Origin: an uncultured virus (IMG/VR IMGVR_UViG_3300028840_003539)
Lineage: Duplodnaviria; Heunggongvirae; Uroviricota; Caudoviricetes
Length of the DNA stretch: 64,000 nucleotides
IMG/VR virus record: IMGVR_UViG_3300028840_003539
Direction: 5' to 3' (one strand)
How positions within the stretch are numbered: position 1 is the stretch's first letter; the number at the start of each line of letters is the position of its first letter. The notes under the pieces were generated by a model, which saw only the letters and a program-made list of their open reading frames with translations, ran no database searches and was not told the DNA's origin. The translations under genes were made by a program, and so were the position numbers. Positions 49,651 to 59,450 of the stretch are shown here, in pieces.

Positions 49651-50475
49651 ATGAGCCATCCTTGGAAAGCGCAGCCGTACTACCTGTTTCACGATCCGCG
49701 CACGACTGGCACCGTGCCGGCCCCGATGGGCGCCTGCGACGTTCGTGGAACGCTCGCTGGGCTTCGGGTGCACGAGGCGCTCGCAGGCTACACGCGCGGC
49801 AGCTTCGCGCCCAAGAGCCCGTGGGCTGTGCCTGGCTACGTTGCGTCGGAGCCGACCGGCGTCGATGGCTACGGCTTCGGTGCTGACGTGGCGGGCTGCA
49901 AGCCGGCGGACGTGGCAGCGAAGGAGCTTTGGACTGCAGTCAAGAAGCTCAGTACCGAGCTGAAGAGCGTGCCAGACAGCGTCGCGCTTCCGATCTTGAC
50001 CAGCGTCGTCTCCGCCGGGGCGCGCGAAGCCAAGGCGGGCGAGAGTCGCTTCAAGTCCTGGCTTCAGAACACGTTCAAGCAGATCGCGTCGAAGGCTCTC
50101 GGCAGTGTCGTGGCCAGCGCGATACCCGACACGGTCTGGCGAGAACTCGCCAATCGAGCCTCGGCCGAAGTCTGGGGCGGGATGGCTGCACTCGAAGTCT
50201 GCACCGCGCCGACTGGCCCGACGACGTTCGAAGACCTTGCAAGGGTCGCCGAGGTCGGCTGGGAGCAGTGGGCGAAGGAAACGGGCGTGGCGCCGGCGCC
50301 TACTGGTCAGATCATCGCGACGGCGGTCACGCCGCAGCAACTGGTCAAGGCGGCGATGTCGCCACAGCTGACAGCCGCGCTGAAGCAACGTCAAGCGGCT
50401 GTGGCACCGACGCCGTCGAAGGCACCGTTGCTCATCGGGGCGGCGGCGCTGGCTGCGTTGCTGCTGTTGAAGTGA
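49651..50475 (+). CDS. Putative virion protein with C-terminal anchor
   Basis: Ends PLLIGAAALAALLLLK. Confidence 0.7.
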   Translation: MSHPWKAQPYYLFHDPRTTGTVPAPMGACDVRGTLAGLRVHEALAGYTRGSFAPKSPWAVPGYVASEPTGVDGYGFGADVAGCKPADVAAKELWTAVKKLSTELKSVPDSVALPILTSVVSAGAREAKAGESRFKSWLQNTFKQIASKALGSVVASAIPDTVWRELANRASAEVWGGMAALEVCTAPTGPTTFEDLARVAEVGWEQWAKETGVAPAPTGQIIATAVTPQQLVKAAMSPQLTAALKQRQAAVAPTPSKAPLLIGAAALAALLLLK

Positions 50476-50483
50476 GGCACGTG

Positions 50484-51149
50484 ATGAGCATCACCGGATG
50501 TGGAAGCTACGTTGGTGCGGGTGGGCAGCAGCTCGCGCGTAGCCGTCGTTCGTGGAACTCACCTGGATGCACCTCGTACGGGCTGGGCGACAGCGCCCTG
50601 GAAATGATTCGGGGCTGGTTCGTCGGCACCGAGGTTAAAGAGATCGCCAAGCTGACTCATCTGCTGACGACAGGAATCAACGAACTCCGCGACCGGCCCG
50701 TGCCTGCTTCTTTGTACACGGACAGACCGGACGTAGCCGCGCGGTTGACGACGTTGGCGAACTCAGTCAACGCGCTTCGCGACGCGTTCGTCCAGACCAT
50801 GAAGCCGTACCTGCCGGCAGACTGGGCGCCAAGCTGGCTACCCTCGCTCGACATCTGGCGCTCGTACGCGATCAACGTCACAGACGCTAAAGCCGTCGAG
50901 ACTGTGCTCCGGCAGCAGTTCGGCACGCTGCAGATGCTCGCGCGGCAGTTCGAGTCCATTACGGGAATCAAGACGAACGTGCCAGGGAAAGAGCCTGAGC
51001 TTCGCGCGTCGGAGGGCCTCGTTGACCTCGCTGTCAAGGTTGCAGGCTGGGGGCTCTTTCTGGGTCTGATTTGGTACGGCGGTCGTGCTTTGATTCGAGT
51101 TGGGGAGTCCCGCTACACGAGCCCGCCGCGCTACGCGACGAGGAGATGA
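50484..51149 (+). CDS. Putative virion membrane protein
   Basis: C-terminal TM helix. Confidence 0.65.
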   Translation: MSITGCGSYVGAGGQQLARSRRSWNSPGCTSYGLGDSALEMIRGWFVGTEVKEIAKLTHLLTTGINELRDRPVPASLYTDRPDVAARLTTLANSVNALRDAFVQTMKPYLPADWAPSWLPSLDIWRSYAINVTDAKAVETVLRQQFGTLQMLARQFESITGIKTNVPGKEPELRASEGLVDLAVKVAGWGLFLGLIWYGGRALIRVGESRYTSPPRYATRR

Positions 51150-51153
51150 CACG

Positions 51154-51534
51154 ATGGCATCGATGCGAATCGGTCCCTACAAGCGCCTCGGCATGGACCT
51201 GAAGACGACCTGGGGCACTTACCCTTCGCCGTACATCACGCAGCCTGCGAGCGCCGTGCTGCGCCCATGGCTGCCGCCAACCATCCGCGGACGCCATCCC
51301 TTTCGAACGCAGCCCAGGACGCTGACGTCGCTGCCACCAGACCCTGTGCTGCGTGCCGGCGCAGCGACCGACATCCTCATGCGAGGGCGTTCTTCGCTGG
51401 TACTGCCTGACGTGCCTGGCCACGGTGTCGGCGCCGAAGACCCGCAGGCCGAGACGAAGGTGGGCCTGTACATCTTCCTCGGCGTGCTCGGGCTGATGAC
51501 GATCAGCTGGCTGGCCTCGGGCAAGGAGGTGTAG
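51154..51534 (+). CDS. Pro-rich protein with C-terminal TM
   Basis: AGGAG RBS; TM helix. Confidence 0.6.
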   Translation: MASMRIGPYKRLGMDLKTTWGTYPSPYITQPASAVLRPWLPPTIRGRHPFRTQPRTLTSLPPDPVLRAGAATDILMRGRSSLVLPDVPGHGVGAEDPQAETKVGLYIFLGVLGLMTISWLASGKEV

Positions 51535-51535
51535 C

Positions 51536-52012
51536 GTGTACTACCCCGGCCTGCTTCCAGTTCCTGGCAGCGACGACCTGACGCTCAACGTGCTGCAGTT
51601 CCGCACGACCTGGCAGGAGACGCTGCGCATCGTCGACGGCATGCGGAACATGCCAATGTACATGTCCGCCCCACTGAAGGTGTCGCTCGACAGCCTACGA
51701 TTCTACGTGGGCACCGTGCTGGCGAAGATCGACGTGTTCCTACGTACGGGTGGCAGCGTGCGCGACGACGCTTTCGACATTCCGTCAGTGCACGACCCCA
51801 TCGAGCTGTTTCAGCAGGAGCTGCTGCGTACCAAGGCGCACTGGGATGCCTGGGCCGACGGAGAGACGGCGAGCTTCGCGGGCGTGCAGCAGGACCCCAC
51901 ACGTGAGCAGGCGTTGATGGAGGCGACGAAGCCTCCGTCGAACGTGGAGTCACTGATTTTCTTGGCCGGCGGTGCCCTGGTGATCGGCGCGCTGCTGCTG
52001 CTGAAGCGATAG
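51536..52012 (+). CDS. Putative virion protein with C-terminal anchor
   Basis: Ends LAGGALVIGALLLLKR. Confidence 0.65.
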   Translation: MYYPGLLPVPGSDDLTLNVLQFRTTWQETLRIVDGMRNMPMYMSAPLKVSLDSLRFYVGTVLAKIDVFLRTGGSVRDDAFDIPSVHDPIELFQQELLRTKAHWDAWADGETASFAGVQQDPTREQALMEATKPPSNVESLIFLAGGALVIGALLLLKR

Positions 52013-52022
52013 GAGAAAGAAG

Positions 52023-52460
52023 ATGCCAGCCGGTGACAGAACAGGGCCACGAGGACTCGGACCGATGACGGGCCGCAGAGCGGGCTACTGCGCAGGCTAC
52101 ACCTCGCCGGGCTTCACCCGGCCTACGTGGAGGCGTGGCTGGGGCTTCGGCCAGAGCATCATCCCGCCGTCGCCAGCGCTCCCAGCGGCGGAAGCGGCAG
52201 CAACTGCCGCCGTGACCGCGGCGCGCGAAGCGGTTGCCCAGCAGCAGGCGACTACCGGACAGATCATCACCGTAGCTGACCCGGCAGCTCTCGCCGCGCG
52301 AGCAGCAGCCCAGAAGGCTGCCGTGGCGGCCATGTTGACACCGCAGGCGCAGGCCGCGATGAAGACCTTGCCGGCGGCGGCGGCACCGATGTCGGACCAA
52401 ACCAAGAAGATGCTGGCGGTCGGCGGCGGGGTACTCCTCGCGCTGATGCTGCTCAGGTAA
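52023..52460 (+). CDS. DUF5320-like N-terminus plus C-terminal anchor
   Basis: MPAGDRTGPRGLGPMTGRRAGYCAGY; ends GGGVLLALMLLR. Confidence 0.65.
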   Translation: MPAGDRTGPRGLGPMTGRRAGYCAGYTSPGFTRPTWRRGWGFGQSIIPPSPALPAAEAAATAAVTAAREAVAQQQATTGQIITVADPAALAARAAAQKAAVAAMLTPQAQAAMKTLPAAAAPMSDQTKKMLAVGGGVLLALMLLR

Positions 52461-52470
52461 GGAGAAGACG

Positions 52471-52944
52471 ATGGCAGTCCCAGTCAACCAGATCACCACG
52501 CTGCAGCAGGCCTACACCTACGCGGTGGAAGCCGCAGCTGCCGCACAAACCGTCTGCCCGGCGGCGAAGGCTGCCTATCAAGGCGCTGCAAGCGCAATCA
52601 GCGCGAAGCAGGTGCAGGCTGACATCTCCTTCTACGACGACGAGACCGCCGTGCAGGATGCGGTGGCGCTGTTGAAGAGCGCAAACGCGAAGTGCACGGC
52701 GTCGAAGGTGACGACAGTCCCTGCCGCGACGCCGTCGGAGCCCGCGACGACGACTCCCACCGCCGCCTTGCCGAAGCCATCGCCCGCTGGCGTCTCCGCC
52801 GGCCTGCCGTGGTGGGCTTGGGGGCTGATCGCTGCCGGCGCAGTCTGGGCGATCAAGGGGACGAAGAAGACCAAGAAGCGCGCAGCCGCATCGCGCCGTC
52901 GGCGTAAGGTACGACGCAGCAGGCGGCGAGCACGGAGGATTTGA
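52471..52944 (+). CDS. Membrane protein with Arg/Lys-rich C-terminal tail
   Basis: TM helix followed by KKTKKRAAASRRRRKVRRSRRRARR. Confidence 0.7.
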   Translation: MAVPVNQITTLQQAYTYAVEAAAAAQTVCPAAKAAYQGAASAISAKQVQADISFYDDETAVQDAVALLKSANAKCTASKVTTVPAATPSEPATTTPTAALPKPSPAGVSAGLPWWAWGLIAAGAVWAIKGTKKTKKRAAASRRRRKVRRSRRRARRI

Positions 52945-53363
52945 TGCCCGCGTACAAGCTCACAGGCTACCACAGCCACCGTCATCCGTTCCTCGGCAGC
53001 GACGAGCACGCGATGGTGCAGCTGGCCGACGCAGGCAACGAGGGCAACATCATCGACCTCGACAACCCGCTCGCGCCAGGCATCTACGAAGCCCTCGCAG
53101 CCGAGGAGGAAGCCGCGCAGCAGCAACCGCTGTCGGTCGCCAAGGTCGCGCGGCCGTTCATCGCCGGCATCACGTCGGGGCTGATCGTCTACGGCATCGC
53201 GCGAGCCTACAAGGTCGACTCGAAGAAGGCCGCGCAGGTCTCGTTCGTCTTCGGCGGCGTCAGCGTGCTGTTCGGGCTCGCGAGCGACTTCATCTACCGT
53301 GAGATGAAGGCGTTGGCGGCGGCTCAAACTACGGAGACCATCACAACGCCAGAAGGGACTTGA
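52941..53363 (+). CDS. Two-TM membrane protein
   Basis: Two hydrophobic helices. Confidence 0.65.
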   Translation: MMPAYKLTGYHSHRHPFLGSDEHAMVQLADAGNEGNIIDLDNPLAPGIYEALAAEEEAAQQQPLSVAKVARPFIAGITSGLIVYGIARAYKVDSKKAAQVSFVFGGVSVLFGLASDFIYREMKALAAAQTTETITTPEGT

Positions 53364-53367
53364 GCCG

Positions 53368-53736
53368 ATGCAGACAGTCAAAGACACCGCCCCTCGCCGC
53401 TACGTCAGCCAACTGCCGTCCACGCCACAAATGGCGCGCTACACGGCGGCACCGAGCAGCTACACCGACCCTACGGTGCAGGCGAGCCCGCCGAATCCGT
53501 GGGGCAGCAGCTTGGGCGGGTGCGCTGGGTGCGGAGACCTCGGTGGCTATCCCGGCGAGGCGATCTTCGATCCGATGCTTCGACACAAGTTCAAGATGGC
53601 CGCTGGTGCAGCTGTTGGCTACGGCCTCGCCGCAACGAAGACCCCCGTGCCAGGTCTTGGTCGGATAAAGCCGCTCACCGGTGTGTTGCTCGGCGCCGTG
53701 ATGGGGCTCGGCGTCGGCCTGTTCCTGGACCTGTAG
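53368..53736 (+). CDS. Membrane protein
   Basis: Gly-rich hydrophobic C-terminus. Confidence 0.6.
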   Translation: MQTVKDTAPRRYVSQLPSTPQMARYTAAPSSYTDPTVQASPPNPWGSSLGGCAGCGDLGGYPGEAIFDPMLRHKFKMAAGAAVGYGLAATKTPVPGLGRIKPLTGVLLGAVMGLGVGLFLDL

Positions 53737-53748
53737 GGAGCCCCCGCG

Positions 53749-55746
53749 ATGACCCGCTACATCGGCCTCGGCGCAGACACGACGCAGCAAGCCATCGACG
53801 AAGGCACGAAGGCTGCCTCGCAGGCTATTGCTGACAGCGTGGCCGAGCGTGGGACGCGAACGCACCGCATCGCGCAAGGCGCGACGCAGTGGTCGATGAA
53901 GCAGTTGGACGCGCAGATCGACGCGTTCAAGAAGACGCAGGCGGGGAAGATCGTTTGGCAGTCGGGCCAGGTCGCTGACAGCGTCACCGGCATGGTCAAC
54001 GCAGCCAAGAAGGGCGACTACACCGGCGATGCCAGCGGCGTGTTCAACGTCGCGCGCGATGGTTTCAACCTAATTGAGAACACGGCGAACCTTGCCGTGA
54101 TGATCAGCGCGTCCTCTGAGGCAGTCGCACGCGAGGTGGTTGGTTGGGCTTCTGTTGGTGCGTCGTGCGCCGCCGGCGCGAGCGTAGCCGGCTGGGGTTG
54201 GCTTGCTTGCGGCTTGAGCGTCATCGCCAAAATGTTCGACTACGTCGGTGCAGCGCCGTACCAGGAAGCCTGGACGACGCCGCGCACGGTGTTCAAGCCG
54301 GACCAGGCGAGCGCCGGGCTCATCGCACAGGACGCACTGCGACTCGCGCAGGTGTTGAAGCATCACTACGGCGTGCGCAGCTTCGCCGAGATGTACAGCA
54401 GGCTTGGCGGGGGCAAGATCGACACGTTCAAGTGGCTGCTCAGGGAGACCGGGGTCTACCCCTACGCGCCGCGGATGGTCAACGGACGCATCATCACGCA
54501 GCAGGGCGCGCCAGTGCCGGGGCACAACCTCCGTACGATCCTGCAGCTGGTCGATTTCAAGCGAGACGCAGAAGCGGCGCACGACAACACGCGCGATGGG
54601 CTGGCAGTCCTGGCCGGGTACCGCTCTGGACTGGAGCCCGCCGGTCGCGGCCTGTTCCTGCGCTACGAGTCCGACCACGACATCAACCAGCGGTCGATCG
54701 CCAACGGCGCGTACTTCGCACGGGCTGGAATCGGAACGCAGGGGCATGCGCGTCTACGTTGCGATGTCACACGCGCGGGCGACCTGTCCGGCTGGCCGAA
54801 GGTATCTGCTCAGTTCTACGCCCGTGTGTTGGTCGACTTCCGCCCGTTCCTGATCGTTGACGAACTGATCAACTTCTTCGGAGCGATCACAGCGCGCGAG
54901 CTTGTGACGATCGGGCTGAACAATCGGCAGATGTTGATCAACTCGTATGGGTTCGGCACGAACAACCCGACCAAGCACCTGTTCGTCAGCGACTTGACAG
55001 GACAGCAGACGGGCGGCGGCAGCGACCCGCAGCGCGCCTACAGCAACGTTTGCTGGACGAACTTGTCACGGGCCACTGGCACAAACTGCATGCTGCAGAA
55101 CGCGCTGATTTCAGGCAGCGTCAGTGACGAAGTCCTGCGCGAGGCTGGCGCCATCCGACTGATGGCGGCGTTCTCGTACCTCCAGCAGGATTGGATGTGG
55201 TCGAGCAACTTCGACGAACTCCGGCAAGACCCGATTAGCCGTGTGGCGGCGATCCCGCGTGATGCCCTCGGCGTGCCGACCAACCCGGCCGACGAGATGG
55301 CGCTGCCGGTCGATCCCCGGCAAGCTTTCGGCACCAACCTGGCGACCGAGGAAGTGCCGACGAGCCCTCGCCACGGCACGATCGGGCGACAGTACGCCCA
55401 GCTCGCCGCGCAGGATGGCTCCGCCCTGGCGTTCTTCGTGCCAGGAAGCAACGGCTACGTGTCGGCACGGCGCAGCCCAAGCTATCTTCACCAGCTCATC
55501 GCCAAGCGCGCGAGCCTCATCCAGAACATCCTGAAGAAGGCCTCCGTCTTCATCGCGCAGCCGATCTGGTACGTCGCGAAGACGCCGGAGGAAGCGCGCG
55601 CCGCAGTGACCCAAATGTGGCTCGAAGCCCGTGCGAAGGGCGTCGACATCGAAGCGGCGCTGCGCGCTGCTCAACAGCCGAGCGGAGCAGGCGCCGCCGT
55701 CCTCTTGGGCGCGGCTGCGTTGCTCGCGTTGAAGTTTCTCAAGTAG
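53749..55746 (+). CDS. Large putative virion protein with C-terminal anchor
   Basis: 665 aa, internal hydrophobic hairpin; ends VLLGAAALLALKFLK. Confidence 0.75.
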   Translation: MTRYIGLGADTTQQAIDEGTKAASQAIADSVAERGTRTHRIAQGATQWSMKQLDAQIDAFKKTQAGKIVWQSGQVADSVTGMVNAAKKGDYTGDASGVFNVARDGFNLIENTANLAVMISASSEAVAREVVGWASVGASCAAGASVAGWGWLACGLSVIAKMFDYVGAAPYQEAWTTPRTVFKPDQASAGLIAQDALRLAQVLKHHYGVRSFAEMYSRLGGGKIDTFKWLLRETGVYPYAPRMVNGRIITQQGAPVPGHNLRTILQLVDFKRDAEAAHDNTRDGLAVLAGYRSGLEPAGRGLFLRYESDHDINQRSIANGAYFARAGIGTQGHARLRCDVTRAGDLSGWPKVSAQFYARVLVDFRPFLIVDELINFFGAITARELVTIGLNNRQMLINSYGFGTNNPTKHLFVSDLTGQQTGGGSDPQRAYSNVCWTNLSRATGTNCMLQNALISGSVSDEVLREAGAIRLMAAFSYLQQDWMWSSNFDELRQDPISRVAAIPRDALGVPTNPADEMALPVDPRQAFGTNLATEEVPTSPRHGTIGRQYAQLAAQDGSALAFFVPGSNGYVSARRSPSYLHQLIAKRASLIQNILKKASVFIAQPIWYVAKTPEEARAAVTQMWLEARAKGVDIEAALRAAQQPSGAGAAVLLGAAALLALKFLK

Positions 55747-55755
55747 GAGACGACG

Positions 55756-56223
55756 ATGAAAGACCGTTACTATTCCTTCGGGCAGGTGGCAGTTCCAGTC
55801 AGCGCGCTCGTGCCGAACATCACCGGCACCCGACGTGCTCCGGCGTCGTCAAACGTCGTCCCCGCAGCAGGCCAGCCTGTCTTGCCCAAAGACATCCAGG
55901 CCGCGCCAGCGTTCATACAGCAGCTCACAGCGCCGCGGACACCTCTGACCGCGCTGCAGCTCCCGTTCCGGCCGGGCGTGATGCTTCCGGGCGGCGCCCA
56001 GATGACGTCCGCGGACTTCGCCGCAGCATGCAAGCAAGCCGGCGGTACGGCAGTCGGAGCGAAAGTCTGCCAGTTCGCTGACGGGTCTCAGTACACCGTG
56101 GACGCTGCGGGGAAAGCGCAGTGTGTCAACAACGTAGGCCAGTGCGCGGGCAAGACCGTGGCAGGTGCGACGCCGCTGCTGCTCGGCGGGGCTGCCCTGC
56201 TGGCGTTGATGCTGCTGCGGTAG
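55756..56223 (+). CDS. Putative virion protein with C-terminal anchor
   Basis: Ends PLLLGGAALLALMLLR. Confidence 0.7.
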   Translation: MKDRYYSFGQVAVPVSALVPNITGTRRAPASSNVVPAAGQPVLPKDIQAAPAFIQQLTAPRTPLTALQLPFRPGVMLPGGAQMTSADFAAACKQAGGTAVGAKVCQFADGSQYTVDAAGKAQCVNNVGQCAGKTVAGATPLLLGGAALLALMLLR

Positions 56224-56233
56224 GAGACCTGAC

Positions 56234-57863
56234 GTGCGCTGGTGGCATTGGCTACTTCTGATTGGTGGAGGCGCGCTGTTGCTCGGCAGCAGCAACGGCG
56301 AGGTAGCCCGGCTGCGCCATCTCGTCGCGACGCGGCTGGAGCCAAGCGTAGCCGCGTGGGAGTTGCTGATCGCACACGACGGCGTCACAGCAGGAGACCC
56401 AAAGACGGGCAAGCAACACTACTGGAAAAACGTCGACACGGCGCTGACCGCGCTTCAAGCCAAAGCCGCGACCAGGACGGCGCCGGCTGCAGTCAGTGTC
56501 GAAGACATACGAAAGGGCTGAAAGATGAAAGTTTCGGATTGGGTCATGCTCGGTGGCGGAATCTTCCTCGGCTGGATGCTCTTGCGCGGCAAGTGCAGCA
56601 GCGCGCAGCTGTCAACGATCGCCGGCATCTACGGCATGCCGGCCGGCACCGTCGGCGTGCGGAAGCCGACAAGCCCCGGCGCGGCTGGCGGCATCGAGAT
56701 CTTCGACAGGCGTAACAACGCCGCCATCATGCACGTTCTCGACGGCGACTGTGACAAGGCCGTCGCGCAGGCTTCGACTGCCGTCGCGCAAGCCGCGGGC
56801 AACCGGATGTTCGCCACCAAGGCGTACGATGGCAGTCTCTACGTGGTGAGCTGATGGCGTACGAAGTGACGACGAAGCGTAGGCCTGTCCGCGTGCCGCT
56901 GCCGACGCGCCAGTTCGGTCTCGGCGACGCCATCGCACGCGCCACACGCGCAGTCGGCATCCAGCCGTGCGCGCCGTGCAAGCGTCGGCAGGCGGCGCTC
57001 AACCGCCTGCTCGTGTTCGGGAGGCGATGATGAAAGCTTGGCGGGAGCTATCTGCCACAGTCCACGACGCGTTGAACGACATCGTGACAAACGCGGGCGC
57101 TGAAGAGCTTAGTTCGCTGCAGGAGCGCGGCGTAGATCTTGAAGAGTTCTTCGGTGAGGAGCCAGACGACGTACTGCTCGACATGCTTGACGCGTTCGAG
57201 AAGCTCGTCGAGCTGCGGGATGAGTTCGGTGTGTTGGCGGAAGGCGAAGCGCTGCGTGAACCGTTGTACCCGAGAGGAAGCAACTGATGAACTGGTGGCT
57301 CATCGGAGGCGCGGCAGCGCTGGTGCTGATCGCACGGAAGGCGAAGGCTGCAAGCGCGCAGTGCCAGCACTGCTACGACGCCAAGAGCGCGGCGTACCGC
57401 GCCTGCACGGTGATCCCCGCAGAAAATCGTACAGCGCGTGAGACGTGCTTCCGCGTCGCCGACGCAGCGCTGTCAGCGTGCCTGAACCAGTGCCGAGGAG
57501 GATGAAATGTCTTGGTTGAAGTGGGGTCTGATTGCCGGCGGCGCGTACCTGGGGTACAGAGCGATCAAAGCAAGCACTGCGCCGACGCCCGAGGGTGGCG
57601 TCGTGACGCCGGGAACCACCGTCGTAGCCCAGTCGCCCAACGCGCTGCTTGAAGCAGCCCGCAAGCGCCTAGACCCCAACGTGGTCTGGACTTTGACGAC
57701 GTTCGCGACAAAGCCTTTCGTCGTTCTCCAAGGTACAGTGAACAACCAGCCATTTAGCAGGACCTTCGACAACCAGGCCGCCGCAATGGCGTGGGTGATG
57801 CAAGGGAAGTTGAATGCGCAAGGCACGCAGGCGCGCGTCAACTGGAACTGGCGAAACGAGTAG
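56234..57863 (+). other. Run of small genes, most with an N-terminal W..LIGG-type membrane anchor
   Basis: ORFs 56234-56521, 56525-56854, 57287-57505 and 57507-57863 have the anchor; 57027-57287 is acidic and lacks it. Confidence 0.6.
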
Positions 57864-57868
57864 CAAAG

Positions 57869-58222
57869 ATGCTTTACAGCGTCTACAACTGGAACAAGAA
57901 GGCCTACGACGTCTTCGAATCCCGCAGCGGCGAGGCCAACGGCCAGCGTCCGAAGCCACGCCGCACGGGTCCAGGTCCGCAAGGTCCCGGCCAGCAGCTA
58001 GAGTCGTTGCTGCCGATCCTTCCACTCGACGCGATCCTGCTCCGCACGGCGCGCAAGCCGGCTGGGCGCATCGCTATCCATCACACATCTCCGGCCGTCG
58101 GTCTTGGCTGGTCGCCGGAGGAAAGCTGGTTGGTGAGAAAGCCGTGGTTGATGTTAGGGATTGGAGCCCTCGGGTTGCTGGTGGGGTATCGGTTGCTTCA
58201 CCACATCGCGAGGAAGCTGTGA
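57869..58222 (+). CDS. Membrane protein
   Basis: MLYSVYNWNKKAYDVF...; C-terminal TM helix. Confidence 0.6.
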   Translation: MLYSVYNWNKKAYDVFESRSGEANGQRPKPRRTGPGPQGPGQQLESLLPILPLDAILLRTARKPAGRIAIHHTSPAVGLGWSPEESWLVRKPWLMLGIGALGLLVGYRLLHHIARKL

Positions 58223-58638
58223 ACGGTGACGAGAAAAAGCTTCTGACAGACTTGCAGTTGCAGATCGTCAAAGCTTCCACCAAGCAAGAGACGTGGGCGA
58301 AGACGCACGACGCTAGGCTGGAGAAGATCGAAGGCTCGCTTGAAATGACCAACGCCGCGGTACAGAGAATCGGCAGCGAGGTTGCTCTTATTCAAGGGCA
58401 GGCTTCCGCGCGCGACAAGCGCATCAGCACCGAGGCTTCTAGGGTTGCCAAGATCGAACGGCGCTTGCGAAGGCAGGAAGACACTGGCGTGCACAACGTC
58501 GCAGAGATGCAGGGGGCGCTAAAGGCACGCGAGGCGACACGCAAGGGCTTCCTTTTTGCGTTCGCCGTGCTAGGAGCCATCGGCGTCGTCGGCGGCATCG
58601 TCTTCGGCGTGTTGAAGATCACGGGGTGTGGGGGCTGA
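58219..58638 (+). CDS. Coiled-coil protein with C-terminal TM (XhlA/holin-like)
   Basis: Heptad region followed by TM helix. Confidence 0.55.
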   Translation: MNGDEKKLLTDLQLQIVKASTKQETWAKTHDARLEKIEGSLEMTNAAVQRIGSEVALIQGQASARDKRISTEASRVAKIERRLRRQEDTGVHNVAEMQGALKAREATRKGFLFAFAVLGAIGVVGGIVFGVLKITGCGG

Positions 58639-58641
58639 AAG

Positions 58642-59442
58642 ATGGCAGGCTGGAAAAAGCACGTAGTAGACGTGGCTCGTCTCAGCGCGCAAGTGAGTCA
58701 AGAGATGCAGAAGCATCTTGACGTCATTTTGGCAGAACGAATGTCGAAGCGCGCCGACCACGCACGTCTAGCAGCCTCGCAGGAAGCTCTCCGGCGGCTT
58801 CGTGAGCTGTGCCCAGGCATACGGGCATTTTCAGAGATGCCGCTGGAAGAAGCTGAAGCTGCAGTACGTGCGCTAGCTAGAGACAACCCGCGCGACCTGA
58901 CCGAGGCCGACCTCAAGCACCTCGACGTGTCGAAGCTCGACTACGGCACGCGACGCCGGAAGCCCCGCGGGACCTTCATCGAGCCGATCCGCAACCCCAG
59001 TGGTGCCGTCGCACGCTGCGAAGAGTTTCACGGCGACGGCGGCGCTTGTGATAGCTACGTCGAGAAGCAGCTCTGGATGCCCGGACCGATCGTGCTGATG
59101 GGTACCTGCATCGACTGCGGCTACAACGTCACCGACCGCAACAGCGAAAAGGACGGGCGCTACGTCCACGACCACAAGTCCGGCGTCAAGCTCTACCGCC
59201 GCGCCAAGACCGGCGAGCGCTCGACGAAGACGCTCACGCCGCCCCGCCAGGTGTTCGTGCTAGGCGACTGGCTCGGCTGCACGTACGACGACGGTGACGG
59301 TGAAAAAGAACTGACAGGCTCGTCGCGCGTCAAGGCGTGCACCGACAACGGCAGGCGGCTGTTCGCCATTCATTCGACCAAGGGCTGCCTCTACGTGATC
59401 TCGGGCGGCAGCTTCCGCATCCGAGACTGGATGTACGACTAG
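58642..59442 (+). CDS. Hypothetical protein
   Basis: 266-aa ORF. Confidence 0.65.
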   Translation: MAGWKKHVVDVARLSAQVSQEMQKHLDVILAERMSKRADHARLAASQEALRRLRELCPGIRAFSEMPLEEAEAAVRALARDNPRDLTEADLKHLDVSKLDYGTRRRKPRGTFIEPIRNPSGAVARCEEFHGDGGACDSYVEKQLWMPGPIVLMGTCIDCGYNVTDRNSEKDGRYVHDHKSGVKLYRRAKTGERSTKTLTPPRQVFVLGDWLGCTYDDGDGEKELTGSSRVKACTDNGRRLFAIHSTKGCLYVISGGSFRIRDWMYD

Positions 59443-59450
59443 GAGCTAGC

